From contig JAOUEV010000004.1 of NCBI GenBank assembly GCA_029858565.1, positions 1 to 64,000 on the forward strand: 64,000 bases of DNA, written 5' to 3'. The DNA is from Nitrospirota bacterium (GTDB lineage: Bacteria > Nitrospirota > UBA9217). Each line of letters starts with the position of its first letter. Positions within the stretch are counted from its first letter, which is position 1. This document shows positions 37,724 through 48,020 of this stretch, one piece after another. A program made the translations under genes and the position numbers. Below the pieces are notes generated by a model. That model was not told the DNA's origin and did not search any database. It saw only the letters and a list, made by a program, of their open reading frames with translations.

Positions 37724-40689
37724 GGGAAGGACCGTCCGTGCCGAACGTCCCGAGTTCTACCTACCGGCTCCAGTTCAACAGGTACTTTACCTTCCGTGAT
37801 GCCGTTGCCCTTGCGGGATATTTCAGCGAGCTCGGGATCAGCCATTACTACGCGTCGCCGTTTTTAAAGGCGCGGCCGGGGAGCCTCCACGGCTACGACG
37901 TCATCGACCACGGAGCGCTGAATCCCGAAGTCGGGACCATGGACGACCTCTCCTTCCTCGGCGCGGAGCTCGCTCGGCTCGGGATGGGACTGATCTACGA
38001 TGTCGTGCCGAATCACATGTGCATCGAAAGTCCCGACAACCTCTGGTGGATGGACGTGCTCGAGAACGGGCAGAGTTCGCCCTATGCGCGTTACTTCGAC
38101 ATCGATTGGACGCCGGTCAAGAAGGAACTGAGAAACAAAGTGCTGATACCGGTGTTGGGCGATCAGTACGGCAACGTTCTGGAACGGCGGGAATTGCGCC
38201 TGCTGTTTCGCGAAGGGGCTTTTTATATCGGGTACTACGAGAACCGTTTTCCGGTCCGTCCTCAGGCGTATGCGATGATTCTGGAACAGGGCCTTGACGA
38301 GCTCAGAAACGCACTGCCCGCCGACAGCCCGGACCTGGCTGAATACCTGAGCATTCTGACGGCGCTGGAACGTCTGCCATCTTATCTTGAAACCGATCCT
38401 TTGCAGATCGAGGTTCGATATCGTGAAAAGGAAGTCGCAAAACGACGACTTGCGGCGCTTGCGGAGCAAAGTCCCGTTATTGACGGCCACCTCAAGAGAA
38501 CAATTGCACTGTTCAACGGGGCCCAGGAGCAGCCGCGCAGTTTCGATCTGCTGGATCATCTGCTGGATGCGCAGATCTACCGGTTGTCCGATTGGCGTGT
38601 CGCGATGGAGGAGATCAACTATCGCCGCTTTTTTGACGTGAACGGCCTCGGCGCCGTCAGGATGGAGAATGCAGAGGTGTTTCATGCTTCCCATGCGCTC
38701 CTGTTCCGGCTGGTACGCGCGGGCATCGTCACCGGGCTCAGGATCGATCATCCCGACGGTTTGTACAATCCCGTGGAGTATTTTCACCGTCTCCAGCGGG
38801 GCTGTTTTGTGCAGCGCGCCATCGCCGAACGACGATCCCCTGAGGACGATGACCGGCTTGTCCTGGAATTCGGCCGGGAATACGACGGCACCGCATGGGC
38901 CGACGCGGCGTTCAAACCCTTCTATATCGTGGGAGAAAAAATCCTCGGAAAGAGCGAGCGGATGCCAGAGGATTGGCCGATTTTCAGCACCACGGGGTAT
39001 GTGTTCATGAACTCGGTGAACGGAATTTTCGTGGACGGCGCGAGCGCGAAGACCATGACCGCGATCTATGATAAATTTACCAGGACGGAAATCGGATTCG
39101 GCGACATTCTCTACGAGAAGAAGAAGCTGGTCATGCAGGTTGCCATGGCGAGCGAAGTTAACATGCTCGGCCATTATCTCAACGACCTTTCTGAAAAGAA
39201 CCGGCATACCCGTGATTTTACGCTGAACAGCCTGACGGCCGCGATCATCGAGATCATCGCCTGTTTTCCCGTGTACCGGAGCTACATCAACACGTGGTCC
39301 GTGAGCGACCGGGACCGCCAGATCGTTGAACTGGCTGTTTCGAAGGCGAAAAGAAGGAATCCCGCGATCAGTTCCTCGATCTTCGACTTTTTGCGCGATG
39401 TGCTGCTGCTCCGGTTCCCGGAACATGCAACGGTCAACGACATGGGTGCGTGGCTTGACTTCGCGAGGCGGTTCCAGCAGATCACCGGGCCGGTTATGGC
39501 AAAAGGCGTGGAAGATACGGCATTCTACGTGTATAACCGGCTGGTGTCCCTGAACGAGGTGGGCGGCGCTCCGGATCGGTTCGGTACAACGCTTGAGACC
39601 TTCCACGGCCAGAATATCGAACGGTCGAAAAACTGGCCCCACGCCATGATCGCAACAACAACGCACGATACCAAACGGAGCGAGGACGTGCGCGCCAGGA
39701 TCAATGTGCTTTCGGAAATTCCCCGTGAATGGGCGGAGCGTGTCAGGGCCTGGTCGCGGATGAACAAAAAGAGGAAGACCGTTATCGATGGCGTTGAGGC
39801 CCCGGACCGGAATGAAGAGTATTTGCTGTACCAGACCCTTGTCGGCGCGTGGCCTCTGGTGCCACTGGGCGAACGGGAACAGGATGTCTTTATCGGACGG
39901 ATCAGGGAATATATGCTCAAGGCTTCCCGGGAGGCAAAAGCAAACACGAGTTGGATCAACCCGAACAGGAAATATGAGGACGCGCTTGCGCTGTTCGTTG
40001 TCTCTGTTTTGAAACCGCCACGGGTGAGCAGGTTCCTCAGTGACTTCCTGTCCTTTCAGCGGATGATTTCCCACTTCGGCATATATAACTCTCTTGCACA
40101 GGTACTTCTCAAGATCTGCGCTCCCGGAGTGCCGGATTTTTATCAGGGAACGGAACTATGGGACTTCAGCCTTGTGGATCCCGATAACCGGCGGCCGGTT
40201 GACTACGAATTGCGCAAGGATATGCTGAAGCGGATCAGGGAAGCGGAGTCTGTATCTTCCGGCGTCAGTTTTGCCATGGAACTGGCCCTTGCAAAGGATG
40301 ACGGCAGGATCAAACTATATACTATCTGGAAAGCGCTCAACTTCCGGAAAGCGCGGCTTCGCCTGTTCCAGGAAGGGGAGTATCACCCCTGTGCTGTTGA
40401 GGGGAAATGGTCGGAGAACCTTTGCGCGTTCGAGCGCCGCGGCGAGGGCCCGCCGGTCATTGTTGCAGTACCGCGGCTACTGACCAGGATGATCTCGGGA
40501 ACGGGATCCGTTCCTTTTGGGAAAACGGTTTGGGATGACACGATGTTGTCCCTGGAAGGCGGCGGGGCGCGTGGCAGGCAGTACCGCAATATCTTCACGT
40601 CGGAAGTGATCGAATCGGACGACGAGGGGAACATCGCCGTAGGAGATATCTTTTCCTCATTCCCTGTTGCGCTGCTGGAGGCCCTCTGA
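37720..40689 (+). CDS. treY: Malto-oligosyltrehalose synthase
   Basis: STYRLQF, GSLHGYDV, DVVPNHM, NYRRFFDV, RIDHPDGL, THDTKRSED, SLVDPDNRRPVD. Confidence 0.96.
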   Translation: MREGPSVPNVPSSTYRLQFNRYFTFRDAVALAGYFSELGISHYYASPFLKARPGSLHGYDVIDHGALNPEVGTMDDLSFLGAELARLGMGLIYDVVPNHMCIESPDNLWWMDVLENGQSSPYARYFDIDWTPVKKELRNKVLIPVLGDQYGNVLERRELRLLFREGAFYIGYYENRFPVRPQAYAMILEQGLDELRNALPADSPDLAEYLSILTALERLPSYLETDPLQIEVRYREKEVAKRRLAALAEQSPVIDGHLKRTIALFNGAQEQPRSFDLLDHLLDAQIYRLSDWRVAMEEINYRRFFDVNGLGAVRMENAEVFHASHALLFRLVRAGIVTGLRIDHPDGLYNPVEYFHRLQRGCFVQRAIAERRSPEDDDRLVLEFGREYDGTAWADAAFKPFYIVGEKILGKSERMPEDWPIFSTTGYVFMNSVNGIFVDGASAKTMTAIYDKFTRTEIGFGDILYEKKKLVMQVAMASEVNMLGHYLNDLSEKNRHTRDFTLNSLTAAIIEIIACFPVYRSYINTWSVSDRDRQIVELAVSKAKRRNPAISSSIFDFLRDVLLLRFPEHATVNDMGAWLDFARRFQQITGPVMAKGVEDTAFYVYNRLVSLNEVGGAPDRFGTTLETFHGQNIERSKNWPHAMIATTTHDTKRSEDVRARINVLSEIPREWAERVRAWSRMNKKRKTVIDGVEAPDRNEEYLLYQTLVGAWPLVPLGEREQDVFIGRIREYMLKASREAKANTSWINPNRKYEDALALFVVSVLKPPRVSRFLSDFLSFQRMISHFGIYNSLAQVLLKICAPGVPDFYQGTELWDFSLVDPDNRRPVDYELRKDMLKRIREAESVSSGVSFAMELALAKDDGRIKLYTIWKALNFRKARLRLFQEGEYHPCAVEGKWSENLCAFERRGEGPPVIVAVPRLLTRMISGTGSVPFGKTVWDDTMLSLEGGGARGRQYRNIFTSEVIESDDEGNIAVGDIFSSFPVALLEAL

Positions 40690-40760
40690 TGAACGGTACT
40701 GCTTCTGATAGAGGTCTTGCAAGCCGCTCTTTAATCTAGATTGCTTCCTGTTCGATTCTG

Positions 40761-40871
40761 TGTTTCACAATTGAATGTGAAACAATTTCTGAAGTTAAAA
40801 AGCAATCGTCCCGGAGGTGCTCTGTGAAACAGATTCAAAGCGGTTTCACAGGGCGCGAAAATTGTTTCATA
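40761..40871. promoter_or_regulatory. Array of (T)GTGAAAC half-sites, candidate operator/enhancer
   Basis: TGTTTCACA-N6-TGTGAAACA (40761-40784), CTGTGAAAC-N12-GTTTCACAG (40822-40851), TGTTTCATA (~40863). Confidence 0.5.
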
Positions 40872-40994
40872 TTTTTGTAACAATGCACGATTCCGGCGCT
40901 TGACTTCGCACGGTTCATCATCTCTTTTCTGGACATTTTCCCATGCCTGTAGTAACGTACCGGATTATTATGGAATTAATACTCGGGCAGGGGC

Positions 40995-41150
40995 ATGACT
41001 GATTTAGAAACCATTCAGAAAAAGATCCTCTCATTCCGGAACGAGCGTGACTGGGCGCAATTCCACGATCCCAATAACCTTTCCAATCCTGCCTATATCT
41101 TAGGAATGCTCTTTGAAAGAAGTGCGGTTGTATTATCACTTCTTAGCTAA
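40995..41150 (+). pseudogene. Remnant of a MazG-like (dCTP pyrophosphatase-type) nucleotide pyrophosphohydrolase
   Basis: MTDLETIQKKILSFRNERDWAQFHDPNNL resembles the family N-terminus (F..ERDW.QFH.P.NL), then drifts and stops at 51 codons. Confidence 0.65.
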
Positions 41151-41340
41151 GCTGTATGTGCTTCAAGGGAGGACATCGTGAATATAATAATCATTGCGAT
41201 TATTTGTTGGGTCCTCTGGTTACTGTTTTGGAGTAAGAGAACAGTGATCGACGGCCAGGAGCAGCTGCCGCTGGAATGAAAAAGCATTGCGCGGCGCATG
41301 CGCCTTCCGAAATTCCTTTTGATATGGTAGAGTGTCCGTC

Positions 41341-44300
41341 ATGAAACAGCAGGAAAACACCGCCTTGCCGGGCCGCATCCTTGTCATTTTTCTCCTGTTG
41401 ATCGTCTGCATCAGCATCTCCGGATATTTATATTACAAGAACCTGAAGCGCCAGCTGCAGGAAGAAATCCAGGAGCACCTTGCCGCCGTCGCTGACCTCA
41501 AAACGCAGCAGATCGTGAATTGGCGAAAGGAACTACTCGCGGATGCAAGGGTCGTGATCGAGTCTCCCGCGCTTGCGCCCTACGTGCGGCAGGTTCTGGA
41601 CGGACGGGCGCCGGAAAAAATGAAGCGCGAGCTTGCGAGCTGGCTCACGCTGTGGGCGGAACAGCACGAGCATGCCAGCATCGCCCTTGTCGATGCGCGG
41701 GGATCTGTCCGCCTGACGACGAAGCCGGCGGATGCCTTAGGTGAAAAGGGCAAGCGGCATCTTGCGGCAGCCATCCGGACCGGGGATGTCTATATCACTG
41801 ATTTTCACTTCGGCCGGTCCATGCGGCATTCCCACATCGATCTGGTGGTGCCGGTTCGCTCGCAAGCCGGGGACCGGGCCCCGTCCGCAGCTTTCTTCCT
41901 CCGCGTCGACCCGCGCAGGTTCCTGTTTCCGCTCCTCCAGTCCTGGCCCACGAAGAGCAGGACCGCCGAAACGATGCTGGCCGAACGGGACGGCGATGAT
42001 GTGCTGTTCCTGAATGACCTGCGCCACAAGAATAATTCAGCGTTCCAGTTCCGGCTGCCCGTCGCGACCGAAAAGCTGCCCGCTGCCATGGCGGTGCGCG
42101 GCGTGACCGGGGTCGTGGAAGGCGTGGATTACCGCGGCGTTCCCGTGCTTGCGGCGATCCGGGCCGTGCCCGGCACTTCCTGGTTCATGATCGCCAAGGT
42201 CGACCAGGAGGAGATCTACGCGCCGCTCCGGCTGCGCGCCTGGCTGATCGCGGCGCTCACCATCGCCCTCATCGCCGCTGCCGGCCTCGGCGTGGGATAC
42301 TGGTGGCGGCAGCAGAGCGCAACCTTCTATCGCAGGCACTACGAAGCCGAGGCGGAATTCCATGCCGAGCGGAAAAAAATGGAGTCCCAGGCGCTGGCGC
42401 GGCTCGAATTTCTCCAAATACTGATCGAAGCCATCCCGATCCCTGTTTATTATAAGGATGTCCGGGGCGTGTACCAGGGATGCAATACCGCGTTCGCGCA
42501 GAGCCTCGGCCGGCCGAAAGAGGCGATCCTGGGAAAGACCGTCTACGATATAGCGCCGAAAGACCTTGCCGACACGTACCAAATCATGGATTCCGATCTG
42601 TTCCAGCGCGGCGGGACCCAGCGGTACGAGACGTTCATGCCGCACGCCGACGGGACAAGGCACGATGTGATCATCCACAAGGCCACCTTTGCGGACGAGA
42701 ACGGTTCTGCGGCCGGGCTGGTAGGCGTCATAACCGACGTTACTCAGGAGAAACGCCTGGAACGGGAGCGGAGCGCGGAAGCAGCCGCGCTGCTGGAAGG
42801 CACGCGCGCGGTCCTGAAGTACCGGGAATTCCCTGATGCTGCGCGGGACATTTTCGACGCCTGCAGGAACCTGCTCGGCGCGACCGCGGGATACGTTGCC
42901 ATGCTGAGCAGCGACGGGTCGAAAAACGAACTGCTCTTCCTGGAAGCCGGGGGACGGCCCTGCGCAGTTGACCGCAGCCTGCCGATGCCCGTGCGCGGGC
43001 TCCGGGAGCGGGCATACTCCCTCAGGAAAACGGTCTGGGAGAACGACTTTCCGCAAAGCGAATGGGCAAAACTGATGCCGCAGGGGCACGTTACCCTCGA
43101 CAACGTGCTGTTCGCGCCGCTGATCATCGAAGGGGGCGCGGTCGGCGTGATCGGCCTTGCCAATAAGCCGGGCGGCTTCACGGAGCGCGACGCGCACCTG
43201 GCAGCGGCGTTCGGCGAACTTGCGGCCGTGGCACTGCGCAACAGCCGGACGCTCGAAACGCTCGAAGCGGGCGAGGAGCGTCTGCAACAGGTCTTGAAAG
43301 GCAGCCGGCAGGGGTTCTGGGACTGGAACATCGCGACGGGCGAGGTGGTCCGGAACGAGCGATGGGCCGAGATGCTGGGCTACACCCTGCGGGAGATCGA
43401 GCGGGACGTCAGGCAGTGGACGGACCTCATCCACCCCGCAGACCAGGCGGCTGCCTGGCAGTCCATCCAGGACCATCTCGACGGCCGTACCGCGGCCCAT
43501 GAGATCGAGTACCGGATGCGCGCGAAAGACGGACAATACAAGTGGATCCTCGACCGCGCCACGGTCGTGCAGCGCGACAGCCAGGGAAAGCCCCTCCGCA
43601 TGAGCGGCACGCATACGGACGTGACCGAACGCAGGCAGACGCAGGAGCAGTTGACGCTGAAATCCTACCTCCTGGACAACGCCTCGGACTCCATTTTCGT
43701 GAGCGACCTGGGCAACGAGATCGTCTATGCAAATGATACCGCCGGCACAACGCGGGGATACAGCCGCGAGGAAATGGCGGGCATGAAGGTGAGCCGGCTG
43801 AATGCTCCCGAATACGCGCTGCTGCTGCCAGGGCGCATTGCGAACCTGATCGCGCAGGGGACCGGGACGTACGAAAGCGTTCATGTCCGGAAGGACGGGT
43901 CGGCGTTTCCGGTGGAGGTACATGCCCGCGTCATCGAGCGGGAAGGATCGAAATTCGTCCATGCCCTGGTCCGGGACATTACCGAGCGCAAGCGGGCGGA
44001 ACTGGCATTAAAAGAGAGCGAGGAGCGCTATCGACGTCTTGTCGAGGGATCGCCTGATATTGTGTACCGTTTTTCGAGCAGGCAAGGCGGTGTTTATTAT
44101 TCCGCGAGGGTCAAGGCCATTCTCGGCTATACGCCGGCGTATCTGTTCGATCACCCCTTTATATGGCATGATTCCATTCATCCGGACGATTTGGCAGGCG
44201 TTGACCATGCCATTGGAAACGCGGACAAAACCACCGGCTACCAGCTTGAATACCGGATCAAGGACGCCGGGGGCAATTGGCACTGGTTTCAGGACCGCTT

Positions 44301-45954
44301 TATCGGGAAAATCGTTAAAGACGACGAGATCATCATTGAAGGCTTGGCAACGGACATCACCGAGCGCAAGCGGTCGGAGGAGGAGCTGCATTTTGCCAGT
44401 CAGCGCCTGCAGATTGCCATGCAATCGGCAAAGCTCGGGATCTGGGATTGGGATATCGTGAACAATCTTATGACCTGGGATGACCGCATGCTCGAGCTGT
44501 ATGGCCATAGCAGGGAGAGCTTCCGCGGCGGCGTCGAAGCATGGGAGCGCGGCCTGCATCCGGAGGACCGAGACAGAGCGTGGGACGAGTGCCAGCAGGC
44601 GCTGCGCGGAGAGAAGCCCTTTGATACAGAATTCAGAGTGCTTCATCCCGATGGTACGGTGCTGCACCTCAAAGCGGACGGATTGGTGCTGCGGGATGCT
44701 GATGGAAAACCGCTTCGAATGCTCGGCATCAATTATGACATCACCGAACGCAAGGCCGCGGAGGACGCGCTCAAGAGAGCAAAAGAACGATCCCAGCGCT
44801 ATCTCGACATCGCAGGGGTCATGATCGTGGCCCTGGACGAAAAACAAAATGTCGTGCTGGTGAACCGGAAGGGGTGCGAGATCCTGGGGTGCTGCGAGAT
44901 CAACATTATAGGGAAGAACTGGTTCGACCGGTTCACGCCCGATCGGTTCCGCAACGAGTTGAAAGGCGTGTTCGCGCAGCTCATGGCCGGAGTTGTCGTT
45001 CCGGTCGCATATTATGAAAATCCCGTCCGGACAGCAGGAGGGGAAGAGCGGCTGATCGCCTGGCACAATACGGTCCTGCGCGACGACGCCGGGAATATCG
45101 TCGGCACGCTCAGTTCCGGAGAGGACATTACCGAGCGCAGGAAGCTCGAGAAGGACGCGCTGACGAAGAACTATCACCTGGTGCAGCTGGGCCAGCTGTC
45201 CGCGGGCATCGCGCACGAAATCAACAATCCGAACAACGCCATCCTGTCCAGTTCCCAGATGCTCCAGAATGCCTGGGAGGACGCCGGGAAGATCCTGGCG
45301 AAATACTACGCGGAGAACGGCGATTTCCGGCTCGGCGGCCTCTCCTATGCCGCGGCGCACACGAATGTGGCCGAACTGCCATCCCTGATCACCTCCTGCT
45401 CCCGCCGCATCCGGGAGATCATCGAAAGCCTGAAGGACTATGCAGGGCGGCGGCGCATGAGCATGGACGCCGAGGTGAACGTGAACAAGGTGATCGCCGA
45501 CGCGTTGATCATTCTCGGCAGCCAGATCAGGCGGTTCACCGACAACTATTCCGCCGACCTGAAGGGGAACCTGCCGCCGGTCCTGGGGAACCGGCAGGCC
45601 CTGGAGCAGGTCGTCATCAACCTGGTCATGAATGCGCTGGAGTCGCTTCCTGACCGGGGCCGTGGGATCAGGATCACTTCCTCCTTTGATGAGGCGCAGC
45701 AGAGCGTCGTCATCCAGATTGCCGATGAAGGCGTGGGCATGTCCCCGGAAATCTGCCGGGAGGCGCTCGATCCGTTCTTTACGACCAAACACGATGCCGG
45801 CGGAACAGGCCTGGGCTTGAGCATTTCCAACGCGATCATCACCAACCACGGCGGATCGCTCGAGTTCCGGTCGGAGCCGTGCAAGGGGACCACGGCGATC
45901 GTCAAACTGCCGGCAGGGGCCGGGGAAAGGAGCGGCGGCGATGAAACTGTATAA
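41341..45954 (+). CDS. Membrane multi-sensor histidine kinase (Cache-like periplasmic domain, PAS, GAF, five PAS, HisKA, HATPase)
   Basis: Two TMs, DYRG.PVLA Cache motif, repeated DITERK, GIAHEINNP, NLVMNA, DEGVG, PFFTTK, GTGLGL. Confidence 0.93.
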   Translation: MKQQENTALPGRILVIFLLLIVCISISGYLYYKNLKRQLQEEIQEHLAAVADLKTQQIVNWRKELLADARVVIESPALAPYVRQVLDGRAPEKMKRELASWLTLWAEQHEHASIALVDARGSVRLTTKPADALGEKGKRHLAAAIRTGDVYITDFHFGRSMRHSHIDLVVPVRSQAGDRAPSAAFFLRVDPRRFLFPLLQSWPTKSRTAETMLAERDGDDVLFLNDLRHKNNSAFQFRLPVATEKLPAAMAVRGVTGVVEGVDYRGVPVLAAIRAVPGTSWFMIAKVDQEEIYAPLRLRAWLIAALTIALIAAAGLGVGYWWRQQSATFYRRHYEAEAEFHAERKKMESQALARLEFLQILIEAIPIPVYYKDVRGVYQGCNTAFAQSLGRPKEAILGKTVYDIAPKDLADTYQIMDSDLFQRGGTQRYETFMPHADGTRHDVIIHKATFADENGSAAGLVGVITDVTQEKRLERERSAEAAALLEGTRAVLKYREFPDAARDIFDACRNLLGATAGYVAMLSSDGSKNELLFLEAGGRPCAVDRSLPMPVRGLRERAYSLRKTVWENDFPQSEWAKLMPQGHVTLDNVLFAPLIIEGGAVGVIGLANKPGGFTERDAHLAAAFGELAAVALRNSRTLETLEAGEERLQQVLKGSRQGFWDWNIATGEVVRNERWAEMLGYTLREIERDVRQWTDLIHPADQAAAWQSIQDHLDGRTAAHEIEYRMRAKDGQYKWILDRATVVQRDSQGKPLRMSGTHTDVTERRQTQEQLTLKSYLLDNASDSIFVSDLGNEIVYANDTAGTTRGYSREEMAGMKVSRLNAPEYALLLPGRIANLIAQGTGTYESVHVRKDGSAFPVEVHARVIEREGSKFVHALVRDITERKRAELALKESEERYRRLVEGSPDIVYRFSSRQGGVYYSARVKAILGYTPAYLFDHPFIWHDSIHPDDLAGVDHAIGNADKTTGYQLEYRIKDAGGNWHWFQDRFIGKIVKDDEIIIEGLATDITERKRSEEELHFASQRLQIAMQSAKLGIWDWDIVNNLMTWDDRMLELYGHSRESFRGGVEAWERGLHPEDRDRAWDECQQALRGEKPFDTEFRVLHPDGTVLHLKADGLVLRDADGKPLRMLGINYDITERKAAEDALKRAKERSQRYLDIAGVMIVALDEKQNVVLVNRKGCEILGCCEINIIGKNWFDRFTPDRFRNELKGVFAQLMAGVVVPVAYYENPVRTAGGEERLIAWHNTVLRDDAGNIVGTLSSGEDITERRKLEKDALTKNYHLVQLGQLSAGIAHEINNPNNAILSSSQMLQNAWEDAGKILAKYYAENGDFRLGGLSYAAAHTNVAELPSLITSCSRRIREIIESLKDYAGRRRMSMDAEVNVNKVIADALIILGSQIRRFTDNYSADLKGNLPPVLGNRQALEQVVINLVMNALESLPDRGRGIRITSSFDEAQQSVVIQIADEGVGMSPEICREALDPFFTTKHDAGGTGLGLSISNAIITNHGGSLEFRSEPCKGTTAIVKLPAGAGERSGGDETV

Positions 45955-47353
45955 TCCGGCATTGCCCGTGGTGCTTGTTGACGACGATCAGCGCACGCTG
46001 GACACGTTCAGCCTGATGCTCAAGAGCGCCGGCATCGAGAACGTCCTGACGGTTGCCGACAGCCGAACCGCCCAGGAATGCATCGCCGGCCGCGGCGCCT
46101 CGGTGGTGGTCCTCGACCTTTTGATGCCCCATCTCACCGGATCGGAACTCCTGCCGCGGATCAAGCAGACAAACCCGGAGGTCCCGGTCATCATCATGAC
46201 CGCCACTAATGATATCGATTCCGCGATCGAATGCATGAAAAAGGGCGCCGTCGACTACCTGGTCAAGCCCGTGGAGCAGAGCCGGTTCCTGTCCAGCGTG
46301 CAGACTGCCCTGGAGATCGGCGGCCTGCGCGACGAGGTCAATGCGCTCAAAGGGTACCTCCTGAGCGGGAAGCTCAAGAACAAGGACGCCTTCGCGCCGA
46401 TCATCACCCGCAGTCCCAGGATGTTCGCGCTCTTTCAGTACATCGAGGCCGTGGCCGCGTCGCCCCAGCCGCTCCTGATCACCGGAGAAACCGGCACGGG
46501 CAAGGAGCTGATCGCGCAGGTCGCACACGGCTTGAGCGGCAAAGGCGGCGGATTCGCGGCCGTGAATGCGGCCGGACTTGACGACACCCTGTTCTCGGAC
46601 ACGCTCTTCGGCCATGAGAAAGGGGCCTTTACCGGCGCGGACACCCGCAGGCAGGGGATGATCACCCAGGCGGAGGGCGGGACCCTCTTCCTCGACGAGA
46701 TCGGCGAACTGAGCGAACCGTCGCAGGTGAAACTGCTGCGGCTCCTGCAGGACGGGATCTATTACCCACTGGGAACGGATATCGCGAAGCGCAGTGGCGC
46801 CCGCATCATTGCGGCCACGAACACCGATCCCCGTGAGCTTATGGCCGCGGGGAAGTTCCGGAAGGACCTCTACTACCGGCTCTGCACGCACCATATCTGC
46901 CTCCCGCCTCTCCGGGAACGGAGCGAGGACATCCCCCTCCTTGTGGCGCATTTCCTGGATGAGGCCGCAGCATCGATGCAGAAGAACAGGCCCACCCCGC
47001 CGCCCGAGCTGTTCACGCTGCTTTCCGCCTACCCCTTTCCCGGAAACGTGCGCGAACTGCGGGCAATGGTCTTCGACGCCGTGGCCCGGCACCGGTCAGG
47101 GGTCCTGTCCATGGCGAGCTTCAAGCATTCCATGAAACACCTGCCCCCGTTGCTGCAGCCTCTTTCGTCTTCGTCCAACGGCGCAATGCAGCTCTATTTC
47201 TCCTTTTCCCGGTTTCCCACCCTTGACGAGGTTGACGACTATTTTGTGCAGGAAGCACTGAAGCGCACGAACGGCAACATCAGTCTTGCCGCCTCCCTGC
47301 TCGGCATTTCCCGCCAGGCGCTTTCCAAACGACGAAAAAAAGAGAGCAAGTAG
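45941..47353 (+). CDS. Sigma54-dependent response regulator (NtrC family)
   Basis: REC, GETGTGKE, GAFTGA, LFLDEIG, FRKDLYYRL, PGNVREL, Fis-type HTH. Confidence 0.96.
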   Translation: MKLYNPALPVVLVDDDQRTLDTFSLMLKSAGIENVLTVADSRTAQECIAGRGASVVVLDLLMPHLTGSELLPRIKQTNPEVPVIIMTATNDIDSAIECMKKGAVDYLVKPVEQSRFLSSVQTALEIGGLRDEVNALKGYLLSGKLKNKDAFAPIITRSPRMFALFQYIEAVAASPQPLLITGETGTGKELIAQVAHGLSGKGGGFAAVNAAGLDDTLFSDTLFGHEKGAFTGADTRRQGMITQAEGGTLFLDEIGELSEPSQVKLLRLLQDGIYYPLGTDIAKRSGARIIAATNTDPRELMAAGKFRKDLYYRLCTHHICLPPLRERSEDIPLLVAHFLDEAAASMQKNRPTPPPELFTLLSAYPFPGNVRELRAMVFDAVARHRSGVLSMASFKHSMKHLPPLLQPLSSSSNGAMQLYFSFSRFPTLDEVDDYFVQEALKRTNGNISLAASLLGISRQALSKRRKKESK

Positions 47354-47377
47354 CCCCCCGCTCAAGCAGACCCCCGC

Positions 47378-47477
47378 AACTTTATTAACAATTCATCGAA
47401 AACGCTCAGTTGTATAACTATTTAAAATAAAATGACATTGTTGTCGGAAATGCGAAGAACGACAACTTTGTTTACAT
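47378..47477. promoter_or_regulatory. Candidate enhancer sites for the sigma54 activator
   Basis: Direct repeat CAACTTT(A/G)TT(A/T)ACA at ~47378 and ~47463; inverted GTTGTCG-N13-CGACAAC at 47440-47466. Confidence 0.4.
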
Positions 47478-47562
47478 CCATCGGCATCGTAACGCAGACG
47501 CAGGGTTGCTGCATATCCGTGTGGTTACGCGCAGTTGCGGGTTTTTTGTCGGGAAATACCGT

Positions 47563-47580
47563 CCGGCACGGCATTTGTAT
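47563..47580 (+). promoter_or_regulatory. Probable sigma54 promoter
   Basis: CCGGCACGGCATTTGTAT: GGCACG-N4-TTG with GT at -12, downstream of a bEBP gene. Confidence 0.5.
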
Positions 47581-47685
47581 ATATAAAGATAATGTAAAGT
47601 GAAAAAGCCTGGAGCACGAATGCCGTAATGCCTGGTTCATCCTGGCCGCAGCAGCGATGACTTCCATTCTGTCATCCGAAAAACG

Positions 47686-47823
47686 GCAGTTGAAACCACA
47701 ACAGATTAGCGCAGATGAAAAGCAAAAGCGGATACTTACGTTACCTCAGACTTTCACCAAAAGGGTGAATCCTGCTTTTGCTTGAAGGTCTTGAATTATC
47801 CGTGTTCATCCGGGGTTAACTGC
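47686..47823. repeat. Intergenic inverted-repeat element, family C
   Basis: GCAGTTGAAACCACAACAGATTAGCGCAGATGAA ... ATCCGTGTTCATCCGGGGTTAACTGC with inner AAGCAAAAGC/GCTTTTGCTT stem. Confidence 0.6.
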
Positions 47824-48020
47824 TCTTTTCAGGATCATGCAATTGCCCGGTTTATCACCTGATCATGCAGGGATGTGCGACAGGCGGATTGCTGAAAGCT
47901 CGATATTGATGCAACTACTGTCAAGAGCAGGTTGCTGCGATGCGCTTCAAATACGCCGGGTTGAATATTCCGCGGTGGTCCGGCAGGAGTGCAAGACAGA
48001 ATAATATACGGAGGAAACAG

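Noticed and set aside
40761-40784. parS site or Rex box
   Set aside because: Half-sites resemble parS (TGTTTCAC/GTGAAACA) but are separated by extra bases, and the spacing does not fit TTGTGAA-N4-TTCACAA
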